Assembly (NCBI GenBank): GCA_964549615.1
Contig: CAZJVP010000104.1
Span: 56,985-88,984 of the forward strand
Source: an uncultured Thermococci archaeon
GTDB lineage: Archaea > CAYQAE01 > CAYVLA01
Length of the DNA: 32,000 nt
Reading direction: 5' to 3'
Shown: positions 23,836-31,503 of the stretch, in pieces
Layout: every line of letters begins with the position of its first letter
Position numbering within the stretch: the first letter of the stretch is position 1
Made by a program: the position numbers and the translations under genes
Notes under the pieces: model-generated
The model's input: only the letters and a program-made list of their open reading frames with translations
The model's database searches: none
What the model was told of the DNA's origin: nothing

Positions 23836-24677
23836 AAGCGGGCGGCGCAAGGTCACTGGTGATCCTCATCCTCGTGGCGGGATTCGGAGGCGTCCTCTTC
23901 AGGGAAGCCCTGCGTCTTGGGGAGATCGCCTCGACGACGGGCCTGACCATGTACGTGGCCAGAATGTACAACTACCTCGGCCCTTTGATCGCGCCCAACC
24001 AGATCACCGTGGTACTCTTCGACTGGAGGGGCTTTGACACCCTCGGGGAGTGCATGGTTCTCGTCACGGGGGTGATCGTCACCGCGATGCTCTTCGGCAG
24101 GGGGGCGATGTCCAAGACGAAGGAGGTCTTGGAGGAGTTCGCGGGCAGCTTGGAGAGAGCCCACGACTCCGTCGTGTTGGGGCTCTTCGGATACCCCGTG
24201 ATCATAGCCATCATCGCGTACGGCATCGTCATCATGCTCGGGGGCCACATCACCCCCGGGGGAGGCTTCCAAGGCGGGTCGATAGTCGCGACGGGATATC
24301 TGCTGGGCGTCATGGGCTACGGGTTGAAGCGCAACCCCCTGCGGCTGAGGCATATGGGTCTGTCTTCCTTCGAGACGGCTGGCGCCCTGACCTTCCTTGT
24401 CTTGGGCTTGCTCGGTCTGGCCACCACAGGGTTCTATCTGTACAACACTGGGTCCAACCTCGGTTACATGGAGTTGCTGGAGCCGAACTCCATGGTGAAG
24501 ACCTACTACAGCCCGAGCGACTCTGGCTTGGCTGCCGAGCTGAACTACCCGGAACTGCCCGACAGGCCCTATAAGGGGCCTGGCATTCTGCCCTTCCTCA
24601 ACATTGCCGTATTCCTCAAGGTCCTAGGCGGATTATCGACGCTAGTTTTGGTTCTCACGGAGGCGAAGAAAGCATGA
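23832..24677 (+). CDS. hydrogenase membrane subunit, MrpB/MnhB-like (long form)
   Basis: About 281 aa from ATG 23832 (ATGA overlap; alternative ATG 23817). GGHITPGGGFQGGSIVATG is the MnhB-domain signature. The roughly 90-aa C-terminal extension ends in an extra TM helix. Confidence 0.7.
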   Translation: MKAGGARSLVILILVAGFGGVLFREALRLGEIASTTGLTMYVARMYNYLGPLIAPNQITVVLFDWRGFDTLGECMVLVTGVIVTAMLFGRGAMSKTKEVLEEFAGSLERAHDSVVLGLFGYPVIIAIIAYGIVIMLGGHITPGGGFQGGSIVATGYLLGVMGYGLKRNPLRLRHMGLSSFETAGALTFLVLGLLGLATTGFYLYNTGSNLGYMELLEPNSMVKTYYSPSDSGLAAELNYPELPDRPYKGPGILPFLNIAVFLKVLGGLSTLVLVLTEAKKA

Positions 24678-24979
24678 GCTTGGCGATACCGCTGGGGGAA
24701 ATGATCTTCGCCATCATATCCGGTTTTGTGCTGGGATCGCGGCTGCGAGCCTTTCCGGGCGAGGGCAGGGTCCGCATTGGATACGTCTTCGGCATTGCGG
24801 GAGCCACACTGTTGTACGGCGCCTACGACTTCTATTACTACCGGATCGGGGGCATCGTGCTGAGGAGGACATGGTACTCACCGGGCCTCTCAGGGGCCTT
24901 CCTGTTCGGGATGATCGGAATCATTCTCGGACGGGAGCTGATTGGGCGCAGGCGGAGCTCCAAAGGAGATGAACCCTAG
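24674..24979 (+). CDS. small hydrogenase-associated membrane protein, hypothetical
   Basis: 101 aa. ATGA overlap upstream and TAGTG overlap downstream. About 3 TM segments. Confidence 0.5.
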   Translation: MSLAIPLGEMIFAIISGFVLGSRLRAFPGEGRVRIGYVFGIAGATLLYGAYDFYYYRIGGIVLRRTWYSPGLSGAFLFGMIGIILGRELIGRRRSSKGDEP

Positions 24980-26352
24980 TGTTCGTTACAACCTCCGAGT
25001 GCAACAAGTGCGGAGACTGCATAAGGGAGTGCCCAACCAAGGCCATCATGGAGATCGGGGGCCGGGTCGTCAGCTGCATCACGTGTGGGATGTGCGCCGA
25101 CATATGTCCCACGAAAGCCATCACGATGAACAAGTACGGAGGCTTCGTCCTCAACAGGGCGAAATGCACCAAGTGCGGCCTTTGCAGGGCGATCTGTCCC
25201 ATGAACATAATCCGCATGGAGCCTTATCCGGTCGGCATCTGCGCCCGGTGCGGAAAATGCGTCGATGTGTGTCCCGTGAACGCCAGGCTCGATGGGGGGG
25301 CCTTCCTGAAGTTTAGGAAGAAGGAGCTGGTGGAGAGACTTCTCGGCCTTGCCTACATAGAGAAAACTGCGCAGGAAACGATGCTTGATCTTGAGAGGGC
25401 TAAGAAGCCGCAGCAGGAGCTCTCCAAGCGCAGCATCAAGATCGACCTTGAGAAGTGCATACGATGCCGGCGGTGTGAGATGACCTGTCCCGCGTCCGCC
25501 ATAAAATTGGAGATCCAGACCGAGGGATGCACTCGCTGTGGGCGGTGCGTAGAGGTCTGCCCGTTCGAGGCAGTCGACCTCGAGAACTACGAGATGCTGA
25601 AGCGCTGCACCAGGTGTCTGAAGTGCGTGCCCGAGTGTCCGCAGCGAGCCATCTACGTTGACAAGGGCGAGGTCAAGATCAAGCGTCCGCAGGGTGAGAT
25701 CAAGGGCACGATCACATGGTGTGCCAACTGCGGCATATGTGAACTGAACTGTCCGACGAAGGCCATCTACAAGGATCGTGGCAAGTACCTCAACGACCCC
25801 AGCCTGTGCATCCGCTGTGGGAGATGCGTCCAAGTCTGCCCGATGAAGGTCAGGGTCGAGAAGGACGGGATATTCAAGGGAACCTGTATCTTGTGCGGGA
25901 AGTGCATCAAGGAGTGCCCGGTGGGCGCAATATCCTGGGCCAAGGTGAGCTGGGACGGGAAGGTCACGGAGGCATGCACGAAGTGCGGCACATGCACCCA
26001 GGTCTGTCCGACCGAGGCGATCAGCCTGCTGCCCGGCGGCAACGTCGAGGTCGACATGGGGAAGTGCATAATGTGTGAGACCTGCGCGTCCTACTGCCCC
26101 TACGACGCCATACCCATTCTGGTTTCCCAGCCGAAGAAGAAGGTGGCGGAGGGGATCACGCGCATCGACAAGGACATCTGCGTTAGGTGCATGCTGTGCG
26201 TCAAGATATGTCCCCACAAAGCCATAGACGGTGACATCAACGTCGATCCCGAGAAGTGCGTGCATTGCGGTGCATGCGCACACATATGCCCTGTGAACGC
26301 GATCAAAGTCTGGAGAAAGTTCGACAACGGAGTGGAGCTTGGGGAGAGGTGA
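24979..26352 (+). CDS. polyferredoxin with 14 CxxCxxCxxxCP motifs (EhbK-like)
   Basis: 457 aa, GTG start. I count 14 complete CxxCxxCxxxCP motifs, from CNKCGDCIRECP to CVHCGACAHICP. Confidence 0.9.
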   Translation: MFVTTSECNKCGDCIRECPTKAIMEIGGRVVSCITCGMCADICPTKAITMNKYGGFVLNRAKCTKCGLCRAICPMNIIRMEPYPVGICARCGKCVDVCPVNARLDGGAFLKFRKKELVERLLGLAYIEKTAQETMLDLERAKKPQQELSKRSIKIDLEKCIRCRRCEMTCPASAIKLEIQTEGCTRCGRCVEVCPFEAVDLENYEMLKRCTRCLKCVPECPQRAIYVDKGEVKIKRPQGEIKGTITWCANCGICELNCPTKAIYKDRGKYLNDPSLCIRCGRCVQVCPMKVRVEKDGIFKGTCILCGKCIKECPVGAISWAKVSWDGKVTEACTKCGTCTQVCPTEAISLLPGGNVEVDMGKCIMCETCASYCPYDAIPILVSQPKKKVAEGITRIDKDICVRCMLCVKICPHKAIDGDINVDPEKCVHCGACAHICPVNAIKVWRKFDNGVELGER

Positions 26353-26359
26353 TGCTGTC

Positions 26360-26875
26360 ATGTCATTAGGGGGTTTCCTCAGGGTCATAGCGTACGGGAT
26401 TTACACCAATGCCTCGAGGATCCTTTTCAGGTACGACCGAGTGACGAGCAGAGAGCTCCGGAATTCCGTACTCACGGGGTCCGTTAAGGCGCTTACCAGC
26501 GAGAACAGAGTGGGCTGCCTGGGATGCGGGGCGTGCGCGAACATCTGCCCGATGAAGTGCATCAGGATGGTTCCCATAGAAAGCCCGGTGGAGATCATCC
26601 CGGGCTTCGTGAAGAGAAGCGTCCCCGAGATCGATCACATGAAGTGCATATACTGTTTCCAGTGTCACGACAACTGCCCGATAACCGCGCTTTTCGGCCT
26701 CCCGGCAACGATCCATCCTCGCGAGGTAGCCAACCCCCTCGACATCGAGGCGATGACCAAGGACCCCACGCAGCTTCTGAAGAGTCCGCTGAAGATACCG
26801 GAGGACAAGATCGTGGAGATCGAGAAGCTACTGGCCGACGAGGCGAGCGAGCTATTGAGGAGGAGGAAACCGTGA
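26360..26875 (+). CDS. 2x[4Fe-4S] ferredoxin subunit (EhbL / NuoI-like)
   Basis: About 171 aa from ATG 26360. [12 protein letters not shown] and [12 protein letters not shown]. Confidence 0.8.
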   Translation: MSLGGFLRVIAYGIYTNASRILFRYDRVTSRELRNSVLTGSVKALTSENRVGCLGCGACANICPMKCIRMVPIESPVEIIPGFVKRSVPEIDHMKCIYCFQCHDNCPITALFGLPATIHPREVANPLDIEAMTKDPTQLLKSPLKIPEDKIVEIEKLLADEASELLRRRKP

Positions 26876-27318
26876 AGGCTCTGGCAAGGAAGCGTGCCAT
26901 CCACGTGATGCTCGTGTACACGGGCGGGTGCAACGGATGCGACATAGAGGTTGTGGCCGCGGTCTACTCCCCCATCCATGACTTGGAGCAGTACAACGTC
27001 ATGCTAACCTGGAATCCGAGGGAGGCCGACATCCTTCTGGTCACGGGGCCAGTTACCAAGAAGATCGCCCCAGCGCTGAAGGCGATATATGATGCCATAC
27101 CGGAGCCCAAGGTCGTCGCGGCCGTCGGGGCGTGCGCGATAAACGGCAATGTCTACAAGAACCTCGGGGGCGATCTCGGGCCAAGCACGGAGATCGCAGG
27201 TCCGGTCGAGAACATCATCCCCGTGGATGCGAGGGTTCCGGGCTGCCCGCCCAGGCCCGAGGACATCATTGCGGCAGCAGCGGCCGCGATCAAGATCCTA
27301 TCGGGGAGGTCGGACTGA
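26872..27318 (+). CDS. [NiFe] hydrogenase small subunit, group 4 (NuoB/EchC/MbhJ-like)
   Basis: 148 aa from GTG 26872 (GTGA overlap, GAGGAGGAGG upstream). [17 protein letters not shown] and VPGCPPRPE give the four Cys of the proximal cluster. The 264-aa track ORF from 26524 overextends in the 5' direction. Confidence 0.9.
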   Translation: MKALARKRAIHVMLVYTGGCNGCDIEVVAAVYSPIHDLEQYNVMLTWNPREADILLVTGPVTKKIAPALKAIYDAIPEPKVVAAVGACAINGNVYKNLGGDLGPSTEIAGPVENIIPVDARVPGCPPRPEDIIAAAAAAIKILSGRSD

Positions 27319-27333
27319 TGTCAGCGGAGGATA

Positions 27334-28530
27334 ATGATTACTCCGAGTTCATGGGGAAGGGCAAGGCTAGGGAGAGGACGTTCGACGGAGATACCGATAG
27401 GCTTCGTCCACTCGGCCCTCCTCGAACCTTACAGGACGCGCTACTTCGTCGAGGACGAGATCGTCAAGGACTGCGAGATAGAGATGGACCCGGCATACAG
27501 GGGGATCGAAAGGATCCTCGAGGGGATGCCGGTGGACAGGGCAAACATCATAACGGAGAGGATCTGCGGCATCTGCAGCAACGGGCATCTCTGGAACTCG
27601 GTTAGGACCGCCGAGGCGGGTTTGAACATAGAGATCCCAAAGGCTGCCCAAGCGATAAGGGTCTTGGCCGAGGAGCTAGAGAGGATCCACAGCCACCTGA
27701 TATTCATAGCCCATGCCTGCGAGGTCCTAGGACATGAGACCTTTGCCTACAGGAGCTTCCTGATGCGAGAGCCGGTCATGCAGATACTGTACATGATATC
27801 GGGCAACAGGGTGAACTACGCAATACCCGTGCTGGGAGGGGTGAGGCCCCGGACGCAGATCGCCCAATGGAAGGGGAAGGCAATTCTGGAGGCAATGGAC
27901 AAGCTGGACGCCAATTTGAAGAAGTTCATCGAAAGGTTCTTGGCTGACATAATGGTGATGTCAAGGCTCAAAGGGGTGGGCGTCTGCGACAAACGCACCG
28001 CGATCAAGTACCATGCCGTCGGCCCCACCGCCCGGGCATCCGGCATCGACTTCGACTGGCGCATCAAGATGCCGGAGTACAAGGACTTCGATTGGGACAT
28101 GGTGGTGTTGGACGAGGGCGATAACGCGGCGAGGGTCAAGACACGTGCGCTGGAATGCTTGGTATCGGCACGGATTGCAAGACAGGCGGTGGAGAAGGCG
28201 ATGGGCGACTCCGACGTGCTGAACCGGGACTGGCAACTCGGCTCGATGGCCATCCAGCACAGCTACATCGAGGTCCCGAGGGGCGAGCTGTACCATTCCT
28301 ACCGGCTGGATGACCAGGGCAGGATAAGGCACTACATAGTCAGGACGCCGACCGTGACGAACCTTGCCACCATGGAGGTTGTGTGCGTGGGCGATCAGCT
28401 CACGGACGCCGTCGTAACGTTGGCGACCTGCGACCCTTGCCTGACCTGCTGCAATCGATTTGTCGTAATTGACGAGAGGGGAAGGGAGAGGTCGATGACC
28501 TTGCAGGACCTGAGGAGGGGTGGATCGTGA
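27334..28530 (+). CDS. [NiFe] hydrogenase large subunit, group 4 (NuoD/EchE/MbhL/EhbN-like)
   Basis: 398 aa. IPIGFVHSALLEP, RICGICSNGH (N-terminal Ni ligands), LERIHSHL, and CDPCLTCCNR (C-terminal Ni ligands) followed by a 23-aa tail. The 5' end is ambiguous; see the finding for 27305-27400. Confidence 0.88.
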   Translation: MITPSSWGRARLGRGRSTEIPIGFVHSALLEPYRTRYFVEDEIVKDCEIEMDPAYRGIERILEGMPVDRANIITERICGICSNGHLWNSVRTAEAGLNIEIPKAAQAIRVLAEELERIHSHLIFIAHACEVLGHETFAYRSFLMREPVMQILYMISGNRVNYAIPVLGGVRPRTQIAQWKGKAILEAMDKLDANLKKFIERFLADIMVMSRLKGVGVCDKRTAIKYHAVGPTARASGIDFDWRIKMPEYKDFDWDMVVLDEGDNAARVKTRALECLVSARIARQAVEKAMGDSDVLNRDWQLGSMAIQHSYIEVPRGELYHSYRLDDQGRIRHYIVRTPTVTNLATMEVVCVGDQLTDAVVTLATCDPCLTCCNRFVVIDERGRERSMTLQDLRRGGS

Positions 28531-29546
28531 TGGATATTCTCGATGCCGAGACGCTCGCGGGCATCCTAGTGGCGTCTTTCGGGGTTCCGATGCTCGCCAT
28601 ATCCTACTCGGTTCTGCTTCCCGGGATCGTCAGGAAGATTCAGGCCCGGATCCAGCAGAGGATCGGCCCAGGGATACTGACGCCGGGTTTCTTCGCGATT
28701 CTCAAGTTCATGTTCAAGCACAAGCCCGTGATAAGCTCGCCGATGCCGACCCTGTACAAGTGGAGCCCGAGCCTGGGGATCGCAGCCATGTACTTCGTGG
28801 TCATCTTCCTGACGCCGCAGTGGGCGGGGATACTCGGCCTGGGAAGCCTGGTGGCCATAATCGGGCTTCTGAAGATCGAGGAGTTCGTCTACGTTGTGAT
28901 GGGCTATCTTTCCTCCAGCATCCTCTCGGTGAGGCTTCCGTATCCCGACACGGCGAAGGGCTCCAAGTGGTCCGACGCGCACAGGTCCACCCTCGAGAAC
29001 TGGGGTTCGGTCAGGATGTGGAAGATGATCGTCTTCTCATCCCTGCCGCTCTACGTCGCGATGTTCATTCCGGTCGCTTTCGCGGGGTCCATAAGCATAG
29101 CGGACATCGTGAACTCGCAGGCGGGAGGCAACTGTTTCATCTTCAGGGTGCCCGGGGCAATCGGTGCGGCGGTCTACTTCCTGGGGTACGTGGCCATCCT
29201 CAACGAATACCCGTTCTCGATCGGAAAGGCCAAAGCGGATCTGGTGGAGGGGCCAATGCTCGAGCTCGCCAGCAGTTGGAGGGCCAGCTACTACTTGATG
29301 AGAGCCCTCGTGATGTTCGCCGTCTCGAGCATCTTCGTCACCCTCTTCTTCGGGGTGCCGCTCGACCCATTGAACGGCTATCGAATCATCGTGCACCTTG
29401 TGCTCGTCTTGGTCCTCCCCGCTCTCGGTGCTGTCCTGAGCGCTTTTAGCCCGATTTTGACGTTTAGACAGGTGGTACCCGTGTCCGTGGTTGCCACCGT
29501 GGTCGGTTTCTTCACCTTCGTGATATCGATGGGGGTTGGCGGATGA
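28527..29546 (+). CDS. hydrogenase membrane subunit, NuoH/EchB/MbhM-like
   Basis: About 338 aa (GTG 28527 or ATG 28530). LLPGIVRKIQARIQQRIGPG resembles the NuoH/HycD N-terminal loop. About 8 TM segments. Confidence 0.8.
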   Translation: MMDILDAETLAGILVASFGVPMLAISYSVLLPGIVRKIQARIQQRIGPGILTPGFFAILKFMFKHKPVISSPMPTLYKWSPSLGIAAMYFVVIFLTPQWAGILGLGSLVAIIGLLKIEEFVYVVMGYLSSSILSVRLPYPDTAKGSKWSDAHRSTLENWGSVRMWKMIVFSSLPLYVAMFIPVAFAGSISIADIVNSQAGGNCFIFRVPGAIGAAVYFLGYVAILNEYPFSIGKAKADLVEGPMLELASSWRASYYLMRALVMFAVSSIFVTLFFGVPLDPLNGYRIIVHLVLVLVLPALGAVLSAFSPILTFRQVVPVSVVATVVGFFTFVISMGVGG

Positions 29547-29806
29547 AGTTCGCAGTTGAGCCAGGAAAGGTGTTCAATCTCGGAGGATACATCGTCGAGA
29601 ACGTGGCCAAGCTACCCTACCGTGATCTCGTCGTGGGAAACCACCTGAAGGAGCCGGTGAAGATAGACGTGCCGATCTACTCCGAACAGATGGTGAACGC
29701 GATCAGGGAGTCCGGGCTGATAGTGCGACCCGTGAGGCAGGGCGAGGATCTAGTCGATGCCATCAATCGTGTCAAGAAGGCCTTGGAGGTCTGGCAGGGG
29801 GCATAG
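29543..29806 (+). CDS. small soluble hydrogenase-operon protein (EhbP-like position), hypothetical
   Basis: 87 aa. ATGA overlap. No TM segments and no Cys motifs. Confidence 0.5.
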   Translation: MKFAVEPGKVFNLGGYIVENVAKLPYRDLVVGNHLKEPVKIDVPIYSEQMVNAIRESGLIVRPVRQGEDLVDAINRVKKALEVWQGA

Positions 29807-29809
29807 CAG

Positions 29810-30031
29810 GTGGCAAAGGAGGACCTCGAAGCGTGGAGTGGAGCGCAGAGATCCCTTCCCGTCTTGGTCGGCCTAGTGTGGATGGCCGTGGGGCTTGCCG
29901 TTTCCACCCTGTCGATTATGGAGATCGCCAACCGCTGGGAGTACCTCCCATGGGGAGTAGCGATGGTGCTGGGCGGGCTGTTTGTCCTTTACCTCAGGCT
30001 GGCCGTTCTCCCCAGCGTGCGGAGACTCTAG
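29810..30031 (+). CDS. small two-TM membrane protein (EhbQ-like position), hypothetical
   Basis: 73 aa. GTG start 4 nt after the previous stop. Two hydrophobic helices. Last gene of the operon. Confidence 0.45.
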   Translation: MAKEDLEAWSGAQRSLPVLVGLVWMAVGLAVSTLSIMEIANRWEYLPWGVAMVLGGLFVLYLRLAVLPSVRRL

Positions 30032-30043
30032 CCGGCGTTACTG

Positions 30044-30074
30044 GTGCATGCCCCCTCGCAGCCAAGGCATGCAC
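30044..30074. terminator. perfect 9-bp inverted repeat between convergent genes
   Basis: GTGCATGCC (30044-30052), a 13-nt loop, then GGCATGCAC (30066-30074). It lies in the 45-nt gap between the operon stop (30031) and the stop of the minus-strand gene (30077). Confidence 0.4.
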
Positions 30075-30076
30075 GG

Positions 30077-30955
30077 CTATTCCTCGTCGCCGGTTTCTCT
30101 TATCCTTCCCGGGAGGAGTTCACGCCTGTACTGCCTATCGACCAGCTTCCCGAGTATCTCCACTTCCCGGTAGAGGTAGGCGTCGAGCACGGGCGATGGC
30201 CGTGCGATGACTAGGTCGCTGAGGTTCTCGTATCTAGCCAAGACGTACCGAACCTCTCTTCCATAGCTGGTGCCTGCCGGCAAGAGGACCTCAATCTCTT
30301 TTCTCACCAGCACTCCTTTGTACACGGTCTCGGGCGAGAGCTCCTTCTTGTACGATGGGTCTATCTCGTACACGATCTTGCCGCCAAAACTGGCCCTCGA
30401 ATAGTGCAGGTAATACCCCGCGAAGACGATGGACCCTGCGCAGGCGACCGCGCAAACCCGGAGAATCCATGTTATTTGGTCCGCATCCAGGGAGGGAATC
30501 CTAACTCTGTCCAACCCCCAGTCGGGGTCCATGTGGACGTAGGCGAGGACGATGAGGCCGAGGAATAGTTTGCCGAGGATCAAGAACCAGGCTGGATACC
30601 AAGAAACGATCAGAGGGTACATCCCTGGATGATCGGGGAATGGGCTGAACGCAGGGTAGCCGCGCAGATGATAGTAGAAGGAATCTTCGAACGCCCAGAA
30701 AGCCAAGTTGAACCCAAGAAGGGTCGTCCCGTCCCGCAGTGACCGCTTCGTGGCAGCGTACATGGGGAAAAAGCCGAGCCAACATCCGTAGGATAGCCCC
30801 CAGTATAGCGCGGTCAGGGTCCCCCAGGGGATTCTGGGGGCGACGAGCAGGTCCACCACCAGGAAGGCGAAGAAAAGAAGGAAAGCTAGGCAAAATAGCT
30901 CGATGGCCGGATGCTCCTCGAAGAACCGGTGCAAGGATTCCTCATCTCCTGCCAT
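30077..30955 (-). CDS. hypothetical integral membrane protein with a C-terminal soluble domain
   Basis: About 292 aa from ATG 30955; the track ORF extends to 31060 through non-coding-looking sequence. About 6 aromatic-rich TM segments, followed by a charged C-terminal domain of about 90 aa. Confidence 0.6.
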   Translation of the reverse strand: MAGDEESLHRFFEEHPAIELFCLAFLLFFAFLVVDLLVAPRIPWGTLTALYWGLSYGCWLGFFPMYAATKRSLRDGTTLLGFNLAFWAFEDSFYYHLRGYPAFSPFPDHPGMYPLIVSWYPAWFLILGKLFLGLIVLAYVHMDPDWGLDRVRIPSLDADQITWILRVCAVACAGSIVFAGYYLHYSRASFGGKIVYEIDPSYKKELSPETVYKGVLVRKEIEVLLPAGTSYGREVRYVLARYENLSDLVIARPSPVLDAYLYREVEILGKLVDRQYRRELLPGRIRETGDEE

Positions 30956-31009
30956 GTTCCTCCACAGGCGTGTCGCGGATTGCCCTGAAGGGCATTTCCC
31001 ATCTGGGTA

Positions 31010-31159
31010 ATGAAACCGCGCTTCCTGCTGGCCGGTATCCAGGATCCGTCCAAGGTGCACCCCCTATTGGCGGCGTTCCGGGACGCGTACATGGAGAAGG
31101 CCGGGTACGTGAAGCTCCGCCATCTACTTTTCGATTTGCTGAAGATGGGCGCCTGCTGA
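31010..31159 (+). CDS. possible 49-aa small protein or gene remnant
   Basis: Below the track's size cutoff. MKPRFLLAGIQDPSKVHPLLAAFRDAYMEKAGYVKLRHLLFDLLKMGAC. Third-codon-position G/C is very high, like the real genes here. No obvious promoter or SD. Confidence 0.3.
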   Translation: MKPRFLLAGIQDPSKVHPLLAAFRDAYMEKAGYVKLRHLLFDLLKMGAC

Positions 31160-31503
31160 TCGCGTAGACGGTAGGATTGAGCCCGGAGCAGAGGTCGCGC
31201 CCGCCGGCATCCTTGTAGCCGTAAGGGCGGCGACCGGCAAGATCGGCCTCGTTCATGTAAGGCGCCTGCGACTTCATCCCCCGCCTATGGTGAACGGCTG
31301 CTAGGAAGGGCCATAAATGTTTCCGGGGAAACCGGGATTGCCCCAAGATGGGCGACCATCGGTGGCGATCGAGTCGGGGTGCGTCCGTCGTCGCAGAAGC
31401 CGCCTGCATTTGAGGCAACGAACGCCGCCGGTACGCTAAAGTGAGAGACGGAGACGGAGGCCGACGGAACAGATTAATAGACGTTTCGGCCCCTTGGCTC
31501 CTC

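Noticed and set aside
24979-26352. Periodic repetition that could be mistaken for a tandem DNA repeat or a CRISPR-like array.
   Set aside because: The periodicity is at the protein level (ferredoxin-like Cys modules with variable spacers of about 30-45 aa). The nucleotide sequences of the units are diverged, and there are no identical direct repeats with unique spacers. No CRISPR array exists anywhere in the window.
24976-26388. 470-aa minus-strand ORF, the second-longest ORF in the track.
   Set aside because: It is exactly antisense to the polyferredoxin gene, whose 14 CxxCxxCxxxCP motifs prove the plus frame. The antisense product is Arg/Leu/Ala/Asp-rich with no motifs, which is the usual open antisense frame in GC-rich DNA.
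26524-26871. The 5' 116 codons of the 264-aa track ORF that contains the hydrogenase small subunit.
   Set aside because: This part overlaps the 2x[4Fe-4S] ferredoxin gene in another frame and translates to Arg/Gly/Asp-rich nonsense. Small-subunit homology begins just after GTG 26872, which has a strong SD and a GTGA overlap.
31157-31159. The TGA ending the 49-aa ORF directly after ...MGAC, which could be read as a Cys-Sec redox pair (GAC-U-SRRR).
   Set aside because: Read-through would add only 4 residues before a TAG. I see no SECIS-like hairpin downstream, and nothing else in the window suggests a Sec-using lineage. This is pure speculation.
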